Shown: positions 49,674 through 58,297 of the stretch, in pieces
Position numbering within the stretch: the first letter of the stretch is position 1
How the letters are laid out: the number at the start of each line of letters is the position of its first letter
Source of the DNA: Candidatus Latescibacterota bacterium
GTDB lineage: Bacteria > Krumholzibacteriota > Krumholzibacteriia > WVZY01 > JAKEHA01
Length of the DNA stretch: 64,000 nucleotides
Direction: 5' to 3'
Assembly: GCA_963707635.1 (NCBI GenBank)
Contig: OY970173.1
Location: 416,001 to 480,000 of the forward strand
Notes under the pieces: model-generated
What the model saw: only the letters and a program-made list of their open reading frames with translations
Databases searched by the model: none
Told to the model about the DNA's origin: nothing
Made by a program: the position numbers and the translations under genes

Positions 49674-50975
49674 ATGAGTGAGATCTGCGTTCTGGGCACG
49701 GGCATGGCCGGTTACGGCGCGGCCCATCGCTTGCGCGAGGCGGGCGTGCGCGCGCTGGTGTTCGACAAGCGCGACTATTACGGCGGCCACACGGCGTCGC
49801 ACACGTACGAGGGAAAGTACACCTTCGACGAAGGACCGCACGTGTCGTTCACCAAGGACAAGCGTCTCCAAAAGCTGTTCGCCGAGAACATCGACAACCA
49901 GTACGAAACGCTCCACACGAGCGTGAACAATTACTGGAAAGGACACTGGGTGAAGCACCCGGCCCAGGTGAATCTCTACGGATTGCCGCCCGATCTCGTG
50001 GTTCGCGTGATCGAGGACTTCGTGGAGGCGCAGCGCACGCCGCACGGGGAGATCGTGAATTACGAGCAATGGCTCCGGGCGAGCTTCGGAAACACGTTTG
50101 CGGAAACGTTTCCGATGCAGTACACGATCAAGTACCACACCACCGAAGCGAAGAACATGAGTCTGGACTGGATCGGGCCGCGGCTCTACCAGGCCAGGCT
50201 GGAGGAGGTGCTGCGCGGCGCGCTCACGCCTTCGACGCCGGACGTCCATTACGTCGACCACTTCCGCTACCCGACGCGCGGCGGGTTCGTGTCCTACCTG
50301 AAGCCGTTCATGGAGAGCGCGGACCTGCGCCTGAGCCATGCCCTCGAGCGCATCGATCCCAGACAGAAGGAGATTCGCTTCGCCAACGGCGCGACGGTTT
50401 CCTACCGGGGAATCGTGTCGTCGGTGCCGCTGCCCGCCCTGATCCCGCGCATCGCCGGCGCGCCGAAAGACGTGCTGGCGGCGGCGGCGCGGCTGGCCTG
50501 CACCGAGCTGGTGACCGTGAACCTGGTCGTGGACCGGCCCGACCTCGTCGAAGCGCACTGGACCTACATGTACGACGACGACATCTTCTTCACCCGCTTG
50601 AGCACGCCGCACCGGCAATCGCCGAATAATGTTCCGCCGGGCTGTGGCAGCCTGCAGGCGGAGTGTTATTATTCCAGTAAGTACCGGCCGCTCGATCGCG
50701 AGCCGCGAGACTGCATCGAGCCGACCATCCGCGACCTCAAGCGGATCGGGCTGTTGCGCGCGGAGGACAAGATCCTGTTCCAGGGTGCCATGCACATCGA
50801 ATACGCCAACGTGATCTTCGATCTCGAGCGCGCAGCGTCGCTGAAAACGGTGCACGGCTACCTCGATGACATTGGAATCGCCTACTGCGGTCGGTACGGC
50901 GATTGGGCCTACATCTGGACCGACGAGTCGTTCATGAGCGGCGAGAAGGCCGCGGAAAAGATCCTGGCGAAGTAG
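49674..50975 (+). CDS. FAD-dependent oxidoreductase, UDP-galactopyranose-mutase/protoporphyrinogen-oxidase-like
   Basis: GTGMAG, GGH..S, FDEGPHVSF, FRYPTRGG and GRYGDWAY; follows the sugar epimerase gene. Confidence 0.75.
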   Translation: MSEICVLGTGMAGYGAAHRLREAGVRALVFDKRDYYGGHTASHTYEGKYTFDEGPHVSFTKDKRLQKLFAENIDNQYETLHTSVNNYWKGHWVKHPAQVNLYGLPPDLVVRVIEDFVEAQRTPHGEIVNYEQWLRASFGNTFAETFPMQYTIKYHTTEAKNMSLDWIGPRLYQARLEEVLRGALTPSTPDVHYVDHFRYPTRGGFVSYLKPFMESADLRLSHALERIDPRQKEIRFANGATVSYRGIVSSVPLPALIPRIAGAPKDVLAAAARLACTELVTVNLVVDRPDLVEAHWTYMYDDDIFFTRLSTPHRQSPNNVPPGCGSLQAECYYSSKYRPLDREPRDCIEPTIRDLKRIGLLRAEDKILFQGAMHIEYANVIFDLERAASLKTVHGYLDDIGIAYCGRYGDWAYIWTDESFMSGEKAAEKILAK

Positions 50976-50985
50976 GGGGAGCAGG

Positions 50986-52392
50986 TTGAGAGCAGCGACC
51001 ATACTGGCGACGATTGGATTGACGGCCTCGTGGGTGTCGACCGCCTTCGGGACATCCGGGGGCGAGGCGCAGGCCGCCGACTCCTCCCCCCTGCGCGTCG
51101 CGCCCGGACGGGTCGCGTTCGCGATGACCGCCGACGGCCGCTGGAAGTCCTTCGGCTTGCGCGGCGAGCGGGTCATGGTCAAGGACGGCGGCGTGCTGGT
51201 GTTCGCCGCCGGGCCGGACGAGAAGCTCCTCGAGCTGGCCAACGCCGCATCCGGGGACACGCGATCGCTCACGCCTGGACCAATCGCGATGACGCACGAA
51301 GGCGCGCCCGGAGGCGAGCGGGCCCCGTCCCGGTTCCCCGACGACGACGACGACGCGCGCATCGACGAGGACCCGCTTGACGGAATCGACAACGACCACG
51401 ACGGCGCCATCGACGAGGATTTCGCCGCCATCGGCGACGAAATGACGGCGGCGACGTTCGCGCCTCGAAACCGCCGGTCGCTCGTCATTCACCAGGAATG
51501 CTACGCCTGGTCGCTCTCTCACATCGACGGCACGGTGGTGTCCGCGATCACGGTGCGAAATGCAGGCAAGGACGCGCTCGCGGGCCTGCGCGTCGGCGTT
51601 GCGATCGAGACGGAAGAACGGATGACGGAGGAGCGGGCGCCCCATATCGAAAGCTCGCGCTGGAGCGGCGAACGCGCCGGTGACCTGGTGATGCAGCCGG
51701 TGGTGCTCCGCGGCCGAAACCGCGCGATGGCGCTGGTGCTGTTCGCGCCGCGAACACGCGCGGAGGCGTCGTGGGAGCTGCGCGTGGATGGATCGACGAT
51801 CGTCGTCATCTCCCCGTCGCTGGGTGACCTCGCGCCCGACGGCGAGACCGCCGTGTATGTCGCCTTGATCGCCCTTCCCGACGACGATCTCAAAGTGGCG
51901 CGCGCGATTCACGCGACGGCGCGGACCGTGGTGGGCGACGGATCGACGCGGCTGATCCCACCGCCGGTGTCGGTCACGGCCGGCGACCGCGCGGCGCCTG
52001 CGACCGCGCCCGCGACGGCGGCGGGGGACGGCTCCGGGATCGACCCGTTCTGGAACACGCCCGGGAAGCTCCTCGAAACCCTGGTCGTCGGCTCCCCGAA
52101 TCCATTCCGCGACGCCATCGCGATCGACTACCAGGTACCCGAGCGCGCCGTCGACGAAGACGGCGTGGAGCACGCGCTCTCCGCGGTGTCGGTGTCGACC
52201 AGCGTCAAGGTCTACAACGTGGCGGGACGGCTGGTGGCGACACTCGTCGACACCGAGCACGCCCCCGGGCGCTACCGCACCGGGTGGACCGCGCACAACG
52301 ACACGGGCGAGAACGTCGCGAGCGGGGTCTACTACGTGAAGCTCACTATCGGCAAGCGGTCGGTGACGCAGCGTCTCGTGCAGCTGAAGTAG
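50986..52392 (+). CDS. Secreted protein with an acidic Ca-binding-like repeat and a C-terminal FlgD-Ig/T9SS-like sorting domain
   Basis: Signal peptide; DDDDDARIDEDPLDGIDNDHDGAIDED; PNPF...VYNVAGRLVATLVD...W...VASGVYYVKL. Confidence 0.7.
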   Translation: MRAATILATIGLTASWVSTAFGTSGGEAQAADSSPLRVAPGRVAFAMTADGRWKSFGLRGERVMVKDGGVLVFAAGPDEKLLELANAASGDTRSLTPGPIAMTHEGAPGGERAPSRFPDDDDDARIDEDPLDGIDNDHDGAIDEDFAAIGDEMTAATFAPRNRRSLVIHQECYAWSLSHIDGTVVSAITVRNAGKDALAGLRVGVAIETEERMTEERAPHIESSRWSGERAGDLVMQPVVLRGRNRAMALVLFAPRTRAEASWELRVDGSTIVVISPSLGDLAPDGETAVYVALIALPDDDLKVARAIHATARTVVGDGSTRLIPPPVSVTAGDRAAPATAPATAAGDGSGIDPFWNTPGKLLETLVVGSPNPFRDAIAIDYQVPERAVDEDGVEHALSAVSVSTSVKVYNVAGRLVATLVDTEHAPGRYRTGWTAHNDTGENVASGVYYVKLTIGKRSVTQRLVQLK

Positions 52393-52440
52393 GGCGGCGG
52401 TTTTTTCCCACCCCCGGGCCTACCGGACTGGCCCCGATCT

Positions 52441-52449
52441 TGATATAAT
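52441..52449 (+). promoter_or_regulatory. Extended -10 promoter upstream of hflX
   Basis: TGaTATAAT is a perfect extended -10. Confidence 0.65.
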
Positions 52450-52522
52450 TCCCCCGTCGGCCAACCCGACAAGGAGCAGCCATCGGAACCACGCGTCACC
52501 CACATAACGGAGGCCTTCTCCC

Positions 52523-53827
52523 CTGGTAAAGCGCGCCTTTGAAGTCATCACCCGCGCGCGGGTCGAGAGAGCCTATCTGGTCGGTGTGAACCTCCCCGGG
52601 GGTTCCATGACCGCCGCGCACGAACACCTGGACGAGCTGGAGCAGCTCGCCGCCACGGCGGGCGCCGACGTCATCGGCCGCACGCTGCAGGGCCGCACCC
52701 GCATCAACCCCACGACCTTCATCGGCGAAGGCAAGGTTCGCGAGCTCAAGGAATTCTGCGACAACTGGGCGGTGAATCTGGTCGTATTCGACGACGACCT
52801 GGCTCCCGCGCAGGCCAAGAACCTCGAAAAGCAGCTCAACGTCCGCGTCATCGATCGCACCGAACTGATTCTCGACATCTTCGCGCGCCACGCGAAGACG
52901 CAGCAGTCGAAGATCCAGGTCGAGCTCGCGCAGCTCGAGTACGCGCTGCCGCGACTGAAACACTTCTGGCAGCACCTCGAACGCCAGGCCGGCGGTATCG
53001 GCACGCGCGGTCCCGGTGAAACCCAGCTCGAAGTCGACCGCCGGAAGATCCACCAGCGCATTTCAACCCTGAAGCGCCAGTTGAAGAAGATCGACCAGCG
53101 CCGCGAGACGCTTCGCCGCGCGCGCAACGGGCGGCGCGTGGCGGCGCTGATCGGCTACACCAACGCCGGCAAGTCGACCGTCATGCAGCGGTTGACGGGC
53201 GCCGACGTGCTCGTGCGCGATCAGCTCTTCGCCACCCTCGACACGACCACGCGGCGCATGAACGGCCACAACGGCAACGGCAACGATCACGACGTGCTCC
53301 TGATCGACACGGTGGGATTCATCCGCAAGCTCCCCGACCATCTGAAAACGAGCTTCAAGGCGACGCTCGAGGACACAGCGCAGGCGGAGCTGTACCTTCA
53401 CGTGGTGGACGTCTCGCACCCGGCGTGGGAAGAACAGATGGACATCACGGACACGACGGTGCGTTCGATCGACAACCCGGACGCGAAGACGCTCTACGTC
53501 TTCAACAAGATCGACCGGGTGTCACCGGAGCTGCTCGAGGGCATGCGCGTCCGCTTCCCGGACGCCGTGCAAGTCTCGGCGGCGGATGGCGTCGGCATGG
53601 GCGAGCTTCGGGAGCGGATCGACGAGTTCTTCTTCGGCCGCAACGTGCGCGTCGAGGTGGTGGTCCCGGCCGGGGACGGCAAGACGATCTCGCTGGTGCG
53701 GGGGCTGATCCACGACGCATACAACGCGTACGACCAGGATCTCTGCGTGGTCAGCGGGTCGATCGAGTCGAAACAGATGGGGCGACTGGAAGCGATCCCG
53801 GGCTTGCAAGTCCGCTACTTGATGTAG
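52523..53827 (+). CDS. hflX: GTPase HflX (ribosome splitting factor), probable CTG start
   Basis: RTELILDIFARHA, RGPGETQLE, GYTNAGKST, LFATLD, DTVGFI and NKID. Conserved ERAYLVGV lies upstream of the track's GTG; GGAGG lies 9 nt before CTG 52523. Confidence 0.93.
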   Translation: MVKRAFEVITRARVERAYLVGVNLPGGSMTAAHEHLDELEQLAATAGADVIGRTLQGRTRINPTTFIGEGKVRELKEFCDNWAVNLVVFDDDLAPAQAKNLEKQLNVRVIDRTELILDIFARHAKTQQSKIQVELAQLEYALPRLKHFWQHLERQAGGIGTRGPGETQLEVDRRKIHQRISTLKRQLKKIDQRRETLRRARNGRRVAALIGYTNAGKSTVMQRLTGADVLVRDQLFATLDTTTRRMNGHNGNGNDHDVLLIDTVGFIRKLPDHLKTSFKATLEDTAQAELYLHVVDVSHPAWEEQMDITDTTVRSIDNPDAKTLYVFNKIDRVSPELLEGMRVRFPDAVQVSAADGVGMGELRERIDEFFFGRNVRVEVVVPAGDGKTISLVRGLIHDAYNAYDQDLCVVSGSIESKQMGRLEAIPGLQVRYLM

Positions 53828-53889
53828 TTTGCCGCGCGGGTCCTGGCGCCGACAGCCCGGTGCGCCACCCGCTCGTGCACCAACTTCCA

Positions 53890-53981
53890 CGGGCGATATA
53901 TCGGGCGAAGCGCGATCTCGCGAGTCGCGCGTACCCACTTGTGCGCGCGAGCGGTGAGCGCGGAGTCCGATATATCGCCCG
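53890..53981. repeat. 17-bp inverted repeat pair (REP/MITE-like) between convergent genes
   Basis: CGGGCGATATATCGGGC (53890-53906) and GTCCGATATATCGCCCG (53965-53981) are 16/17 complementary. Confidence 0.6.
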
Positions 53982-53995
53982 CTAGACTTCCCGCG

Positions 53996-55417
53996 CTACT
54001 TCTTCGAGAGCTTCGTCCGCACCAGAATCCAGGTCGTAATCCGTTCCAGCGCCAGCGGGGACATCGTCTCCTCGATGGTCCGGTATTCGGACACCGAACC
54101 CGTGGTCGCGGTCTGGAACAGGTGGTTCAGTTTGGGGAGCACCGCCGTTTCCACGTCCTCGTTGCCTCCCTGGTGGAGCGCCTTCTCGATGGCGGGGAGG
54201 TTTTGCGCCGGCGGAACCTGCAGGTCGAGCTCTCCGTTGAGCGCGAGTACCGGCACCTTCACGCGACGAAGCGTTCTCGCCGGGTCATAGGTGAGCAGGT
54301 ATCGAAACCACGGCGAATTCACCATCGTCACACTGCCCTCGGCCGATGCTTTGGCCGCGTCGCGTTGCGCAGCCGGCAACTGCGCCAGCAGCGCGTCGAC
54401 CTCGGCCTTCAGCTCCGGCTCGGCGGCCGCCGGGTCCGACTCCCTGCGAACGATTTCGAACATTCTCTCCTGCGTGCGCTCGTTCATATCGATGAACGCG
54501 GGGTCCGCGCCGCCCGCTTCGAGAAGCAGCCTGGCTTGCTCGCGAAGCAGCACCGCGATGGGAACACCGGGCCCCGCGAGCAGCACGATGAACGCGACGT
54601 CGGTGGAGCGCGTGGCCACCATGGGCGCGACGTAACCGCCTTCGCTGTGACCGATGAGCCCGATTCGCTTCGGGTCGATCTCGCGGCGAGTCTTGAGATA
54701 CGCCACGCCCGCCAGTACGTCGGAGGCGAAGTCCTCGGTGGTCGCGGCGGCGAACACCCCTTTCGATTTGCCCACCCCGCGGTCGTCGACGCGGAGCACA
54801 GCGATGCCGTTGCGAGTCAGGTGGTCGGCAAGGACCAGAAACGGCCGATGCCCCATCAAGGACTCGTCGCGGTCCTGCGGACCCGAGCCGCTGATCAACA
54901 ACACCGCGGGGTGCGGGCCCTTGCCCTCGGGAATGGTCAGGGTTCCCGCGAGGGTCACGCCCGCGGCCGGATTCGAATAGGTCACGTCTTCGCTCGCGTA
55001 GGGATAGGGGGGCTTCGGTTCCTGGGGGCGCTTCGGGGTGAGCGCGGCCGCGTCGTCGGTGCGCGTCAGCCGGAGCGGCAACTTCGTCCCGCGCTGCGTG
55101 AAATCGCCGGCCAGCTCGTTCCCGTCGTCGGAGAGCGTGCCGTCGTAGCTCGCGCCCAGCGCGTTCATCTCGAAATGGAGCGCGCGACCCTGCAGCGCAA
55201 TGACGTCGATGGGGATGCCGTTCGCGCCCTGGTCGACGCTGTCCATGGTGGCGCGCAGCGCCCCGCTCTCGCCGCGGGTGACGTGGAGAATAAGATGGAG
55301 CTGCACGGCGCCGATCTCGAGCGCCCCGGCCCAGTCGCCGACGATGTCGGCGGGAGCCGCCCAGGCACCCGTCACGAGCGCGCAGAGCATGAGGATCACG
55401 GCGTGTCGTTTCAGCAT
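53996..55417 (-). CDS. Secreted alpha/beta-fold hydrolase
   Basis: Signal peptide; SGSGPQDRDE, DDRGVG, GLIGHSEGG nucleophile elbow, GELDLQV and NHLFQ. Confidence 0.9.
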   Translation of the reverse strand: MLKRHAVILMLCALVTGAWAAPADIVGDWAGALEIGAVQLHLILHVTRGESGALRATMDSVDQGANGIPIDVIALQGRALHFEMNALGASYDGTLSDDGNELAGDFTQRGTKLPLRLTRTDDAAALTPKRPQEPKPPYPYASEDVTYSNPAAGVTLAGTLTIPEGKGPHPAVLLISGSGPQDRDESLMGHRPFLVLADHLTRNGIAVLRVDDRGVGKSKGVFAAATTEDFASDVLAGVAYLKTRREIDPKRIGLIGHSEGGYVAPMVATRSTDVAFIVLLAGPGVPIAVLLREQARLLLEAGGADPAFIDMNERTQERMFEIVRRESDPAAAEPELKAEVDALLAQLPAAQRDAAKASAEGSVTMVNSPWFRYLLTYDPARTLRRVKVPVLALNGELDLQVPPAQNLPAIEKALHQGGNEDVETAVLPKLNHLFQTATTGSVSEYRTIEETMSPLALERITTWILVRTKLSKK

Positions 55418-55444
55418 TGCTCCTGCCGTCTGTTCGCGCCGGCG

Positions 55445-56746
55445 CTACGGCATCTCCGGGAGGCGTTCGCGCGCCTCGGTCCGCTTCGCGTACAGCGCGT
55501 AGAACTGTCCCTTCACGCTGTCGAGCCTCGGCGCGCGGGCTTTCTGCTCGTAGTTCACGTCGAGTTGGGTCAGCACGAAGTACGACAACCCCGCGAATGC
55601 CAGCGGGACCAGATACGGGAGACGCCGCCGCCACGGCCGCTGATACAGCAGCTGCGCCGCCAGCACCGTCCCCGAGGCCAGGATCATGTGGAATCCCACC
55701 GACACCAGGTAGAGGAAACGGATATCCAGCCAGTCCTCCGGAAAGCGGAAGAAACAAAAGGGCGCCACCACGATGTACGTCCAGGCGATGAAGAACCGGA
55801 TGACACGGTTGCCGAACACGAAGCCGAACACCGAATACGAGACGATGCAGAACAGAATGACCAGCCGGATCGCGGTGGCGAACTCGTAGATGAACTTCAC
55901 CACCGGGCCCGCGCCGGTCACCAGCGTGGACGAGTGAATGGGAAACACCATGCGCACCAGGTACGACGCCAGGTTGCGGGGGACGGACCACGAAACTATT
56001 TCCAGGTCGGACGCCCCCGGGATGGCGCGCTGGATCGAGAGCTTGATGGCGAGCACCACGAAGGCCAGTCCGGCGAAGACAACGAGGTTGCGGTCGAATA
56101 TCTTGCGGCCCGTCTGCTCGCGAAAGAACAGGTTGAACGCCAGCATCAACCCCAGCAGGCTGAACGACGTCGTCTTCGACAGCAGGCACAGCGTGAAAAA
56201 CGTGAGGCAGAGGTTGAAATTTCTCCGCCAGATCGCACCGTTTTCCTGGAGCTCGTTCTTCACGTAGAAGACCATGGTGAGCAGCGTCAGCGCGGTGATC
56301 AGCAGGTCGCTGATCCCCGAGACCGTCATCACCGATTTCCCGTAGTTCCCCACCGCGCACTCGAACAGGAGCCCCGAGAGGACGGCGATCGCCCGGTCCT
56401 TCAGAAGGGTCCGGACCAGGTAGTAGACCAGGAAGGCGTTTGCGGAATGCACGAAAATGTTGAAGAGGTAGTACGCCTTTGCATCGAGCTGGAAGGCCTG
56501 GAACTCCAGGAAGAAGACCAGATTCGGGAGCGGCTGGAAGGTCTCGTGGAGGCGGGTGGAGAACACTTCCCTCCAGTTGCCCTCGATCCGCAGCGCCTGG
56601 ATCAGGTACTGCCAGTCGTCCCCGTGCCAGAAGGTGTTGTCGCGCACCAGCGCGAAGAAAACCAGCCCGATCGCGTTGAGAAGGAGGAGAAACGCCAGCT
56701 CTTTGGGGCGGGATGGGCGTTTCGCTGGGGTCGCTTCGGTGGTCAT
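55445..56746 (-). CDS. Polytopic membrane protein, possible GT-C-fold glycosyltransferase
   Basis: About 11 hydrophobic segments; FWHGDDW acidic motif after TM1; YYLFNIFVH, LLSK and RFLYL. Confidence 0.55.
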   Translation of the reverse strand: MTTEATPAKRPSRPKELAFLLLLNAIGLVFFALVRDNTFWHGDDWQYLIQALRIEGNWREVFSTRLHETFQPLPNLVFFLEFQAFQLDAKAYYLFNIFVHSANAFLVYYLVRTLLKDRAIAVLSGLLFECAVGNYGKSVMTVSGISDLLITALTLLTMVFYVKNELQENGAIWRRNFNLCLTFFTLCLLSKTTSFSLLGLMLAFNLFFREQTGRKIFDRNLVVFAGLAFVVLAIKLSIQRAIPGASDLEIVSWSVPRNLASYLVRMVFPIHSSTLVTGAGPVVKFIYEFATAIRLVILFCIVSYSVFGFVFGNRVIRFFIAWTYIVVAPFCFFRFPEDWLDIRFLYLVSVGFHMILASGTVLAAQLLYQRPWRRRLPYLVPLAFAGLSYFVLTQLDVNYEQKARAPRLDSVKGQFYALYAKRTEARERLPEMP

Positions 56747-56934
56747 GGATGGTCGGCGGAACCCTACGAGGTGCCCTGGCGCCGCCTGGTGGCGGGATGA
56801 TACTGGTCGACTTCGGGGCGCGTCCAGCGGTTTGGAATATTGCTTGCTGCATTTTTCGACCCGGTGCTATAAGCGACTCACTTTGCCCGCCGCCGCGGCT
56901 CGTGGTGCGCCGCGCGACGAGGAGAAATCGACCG

Positions 56935-57768
56935 ATGACCGGCATGAACGAGAGGACGCACGTGGGACCGCTCCGCTTCGGCGCGGCCGAATACACGTCG
57001 ATTCGCCCGCTCCTGTACGGACTCCTGCGCGGCGAGTCGGACGCGCACGTGTCGTTCGAGCCGCCGGGTGCCATCGTGGAATCGTTCGCGCGCGGCCGCT
57101 ATGACGCCGCACTCGTGCCCAGCATCGAGTACCTGCGCGGCGTGGGCCGCATGCTCCTCGCCGGCCCCGCCCTCGTCGGCCGGGCCGCGCCGGCCGGCGT
57201 CGTACTGGTCGCGCAGAAGCCGCTCGACGAACTCGAGCGGATCGCGGTGGGCGAATTCTGCCGCACGCCGGTCGCGGCGCTTCGCATCATCCTGGGCGAG
57301 CAGCACCGCGTGTATCCCGACCTCATGGTCGAGAAGCGCATCGCCGAAGACGACTGGCGCGACCGTTACGACGCCGCGCTCCTGACCGGCGACTCGGCTC
57401 TGCTCGAACTGACCGCCGAGAAGAGCGAGGGGCTGGTCCGCTACAACGTGACCGAGATGTGGAAAGCCCTCACCAAGACCCCGCTCGTCCACGCGGTGTG
57501 GGTGTACGACGACGCCGAGCGCGGCGACGAAATCGCGCAGGTCTTGCGCGAGTCGCGCGACCTCGGCGTGACCCGCCTCACCGCCATATCGGAAGAGGTC
57601 TCGCGCATCAAGGGCGTGGATGCCATGGTCCTCTACGACTACTTCACCCGCGCGTGGTCCTACGACCTGGGCGAGCGCGAGCTGGAAGGCCTGCGCACGC
57701 TCAACGACCTCGCGCGAAAGTATGACCTGATCCGCGAGAACCGCCTGGCCGTGGTGGCCAGGGCCTAG
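56935..57768 (+). CDS. MqnA/MqnD-family (chorismate dehydratase-like) protein, divergent
   Basis: LRFG...RPLLYGL, DAALVPSIEY, LLTGDSAL and W..LT..P.V.AVW; GAGGAG SD. Confidence 0.75.
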   Translation: MTGMNERTHVGPLRFGAAEYTSIRPLLYGLLRGESDAHVSFEPPGAIVESFARGRYDAALVPSIEYLRGVGRMLLAGPALVGRAAPAGVVLVAQKPLDELERIAVGEFCRTPVAALRIILGEQHRVYPDLMVEKRIAEDDWRDRYDAALLTGDSALLELTAEKSEGLVRYNVTEMWKALTKTPLVHAVWVYDDAERGDEIAQVLRESRDLGVTRLTAISEEVSRIKGVDAMVLYDYFTRAWSYDLGERELEGLRTLNDLARKYDLIRENRLAVVARA

Positions 57769-57940
57769 ATCCGGAGTCCGTTTCGCACGGCCGCAGTTAC
57801 ACCGCGGCCGCCCCTCCACGCTTCGAATTACTCCTGAACAACGTCTGGCGCGCCCGCGCATCGGCCTTCGAGCGCCACTCCCTCGTGGCGAGGATGGTGA
57901 GAATGCGATATGCTGAGCGGCACGCTACCGGAGGTCTTCC

Positions 57941-58294
57941 ATGTCGGACATGGTCCGAGAATTCAACGAGTACCGTCGCCGGATGAACGACCGCATCCTC
58001 GCGACCGATAACCTCGTCGTCAAACGCTTCTTCAACCTGGACACGAACACGTACCAGGAAGGCGCCCTCCCGGTGAAGACCAAGGAGATGCTGGGGCTGG
58101 CGGCGTCGATGGTGCTGCGCTGCGACGACTGCATCCGCTACCACATCCAGCAATGCCACGAGGCCGGGGTCACGCGCGAAGAGTTCTTCGAAGTGTTCGG
58201 CGTGGGGCTGGTGGTGGGCGGTTCGATCACGATTCCGCACATGCGCCGCGCCGTGGAATTCCTGGATGCGCTGGAGAGTGCGGGGCGCAAGTAG
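57941..58294 (+). CDS. Carboxymuconolactone decarboxylase/AhpD-like protein
   Basis: GALPVKTKEM, LRCDDCIRYH and VVGGSITIPH. Confidence 0.9.
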   Translation: MSDMVREFNEYRRRMNDRILATDNLVVKRFFNLDTNTYQEGALPVKTKEMLGLAASMVLRCDDCIRYHIQQCHEAGVTREEFFEVFGVGLVVGGSITIPHMRRAVEFLDALESAGRK

Positions 58295-58297
58295 CTC

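Noticed and set aside
48741..57074. Very long alternative-frame ORFs (e.g. 48741-51488 minus, 53939-56800 plus, 54285-57074 minus; similarly 26060-28186 and 46674-48488)
   Set aside because: Shadow ORFs typical of high-GC DNA: Arg/Ala/Pro-rich, no recognisable motifs, and overlapping well-supported genes.
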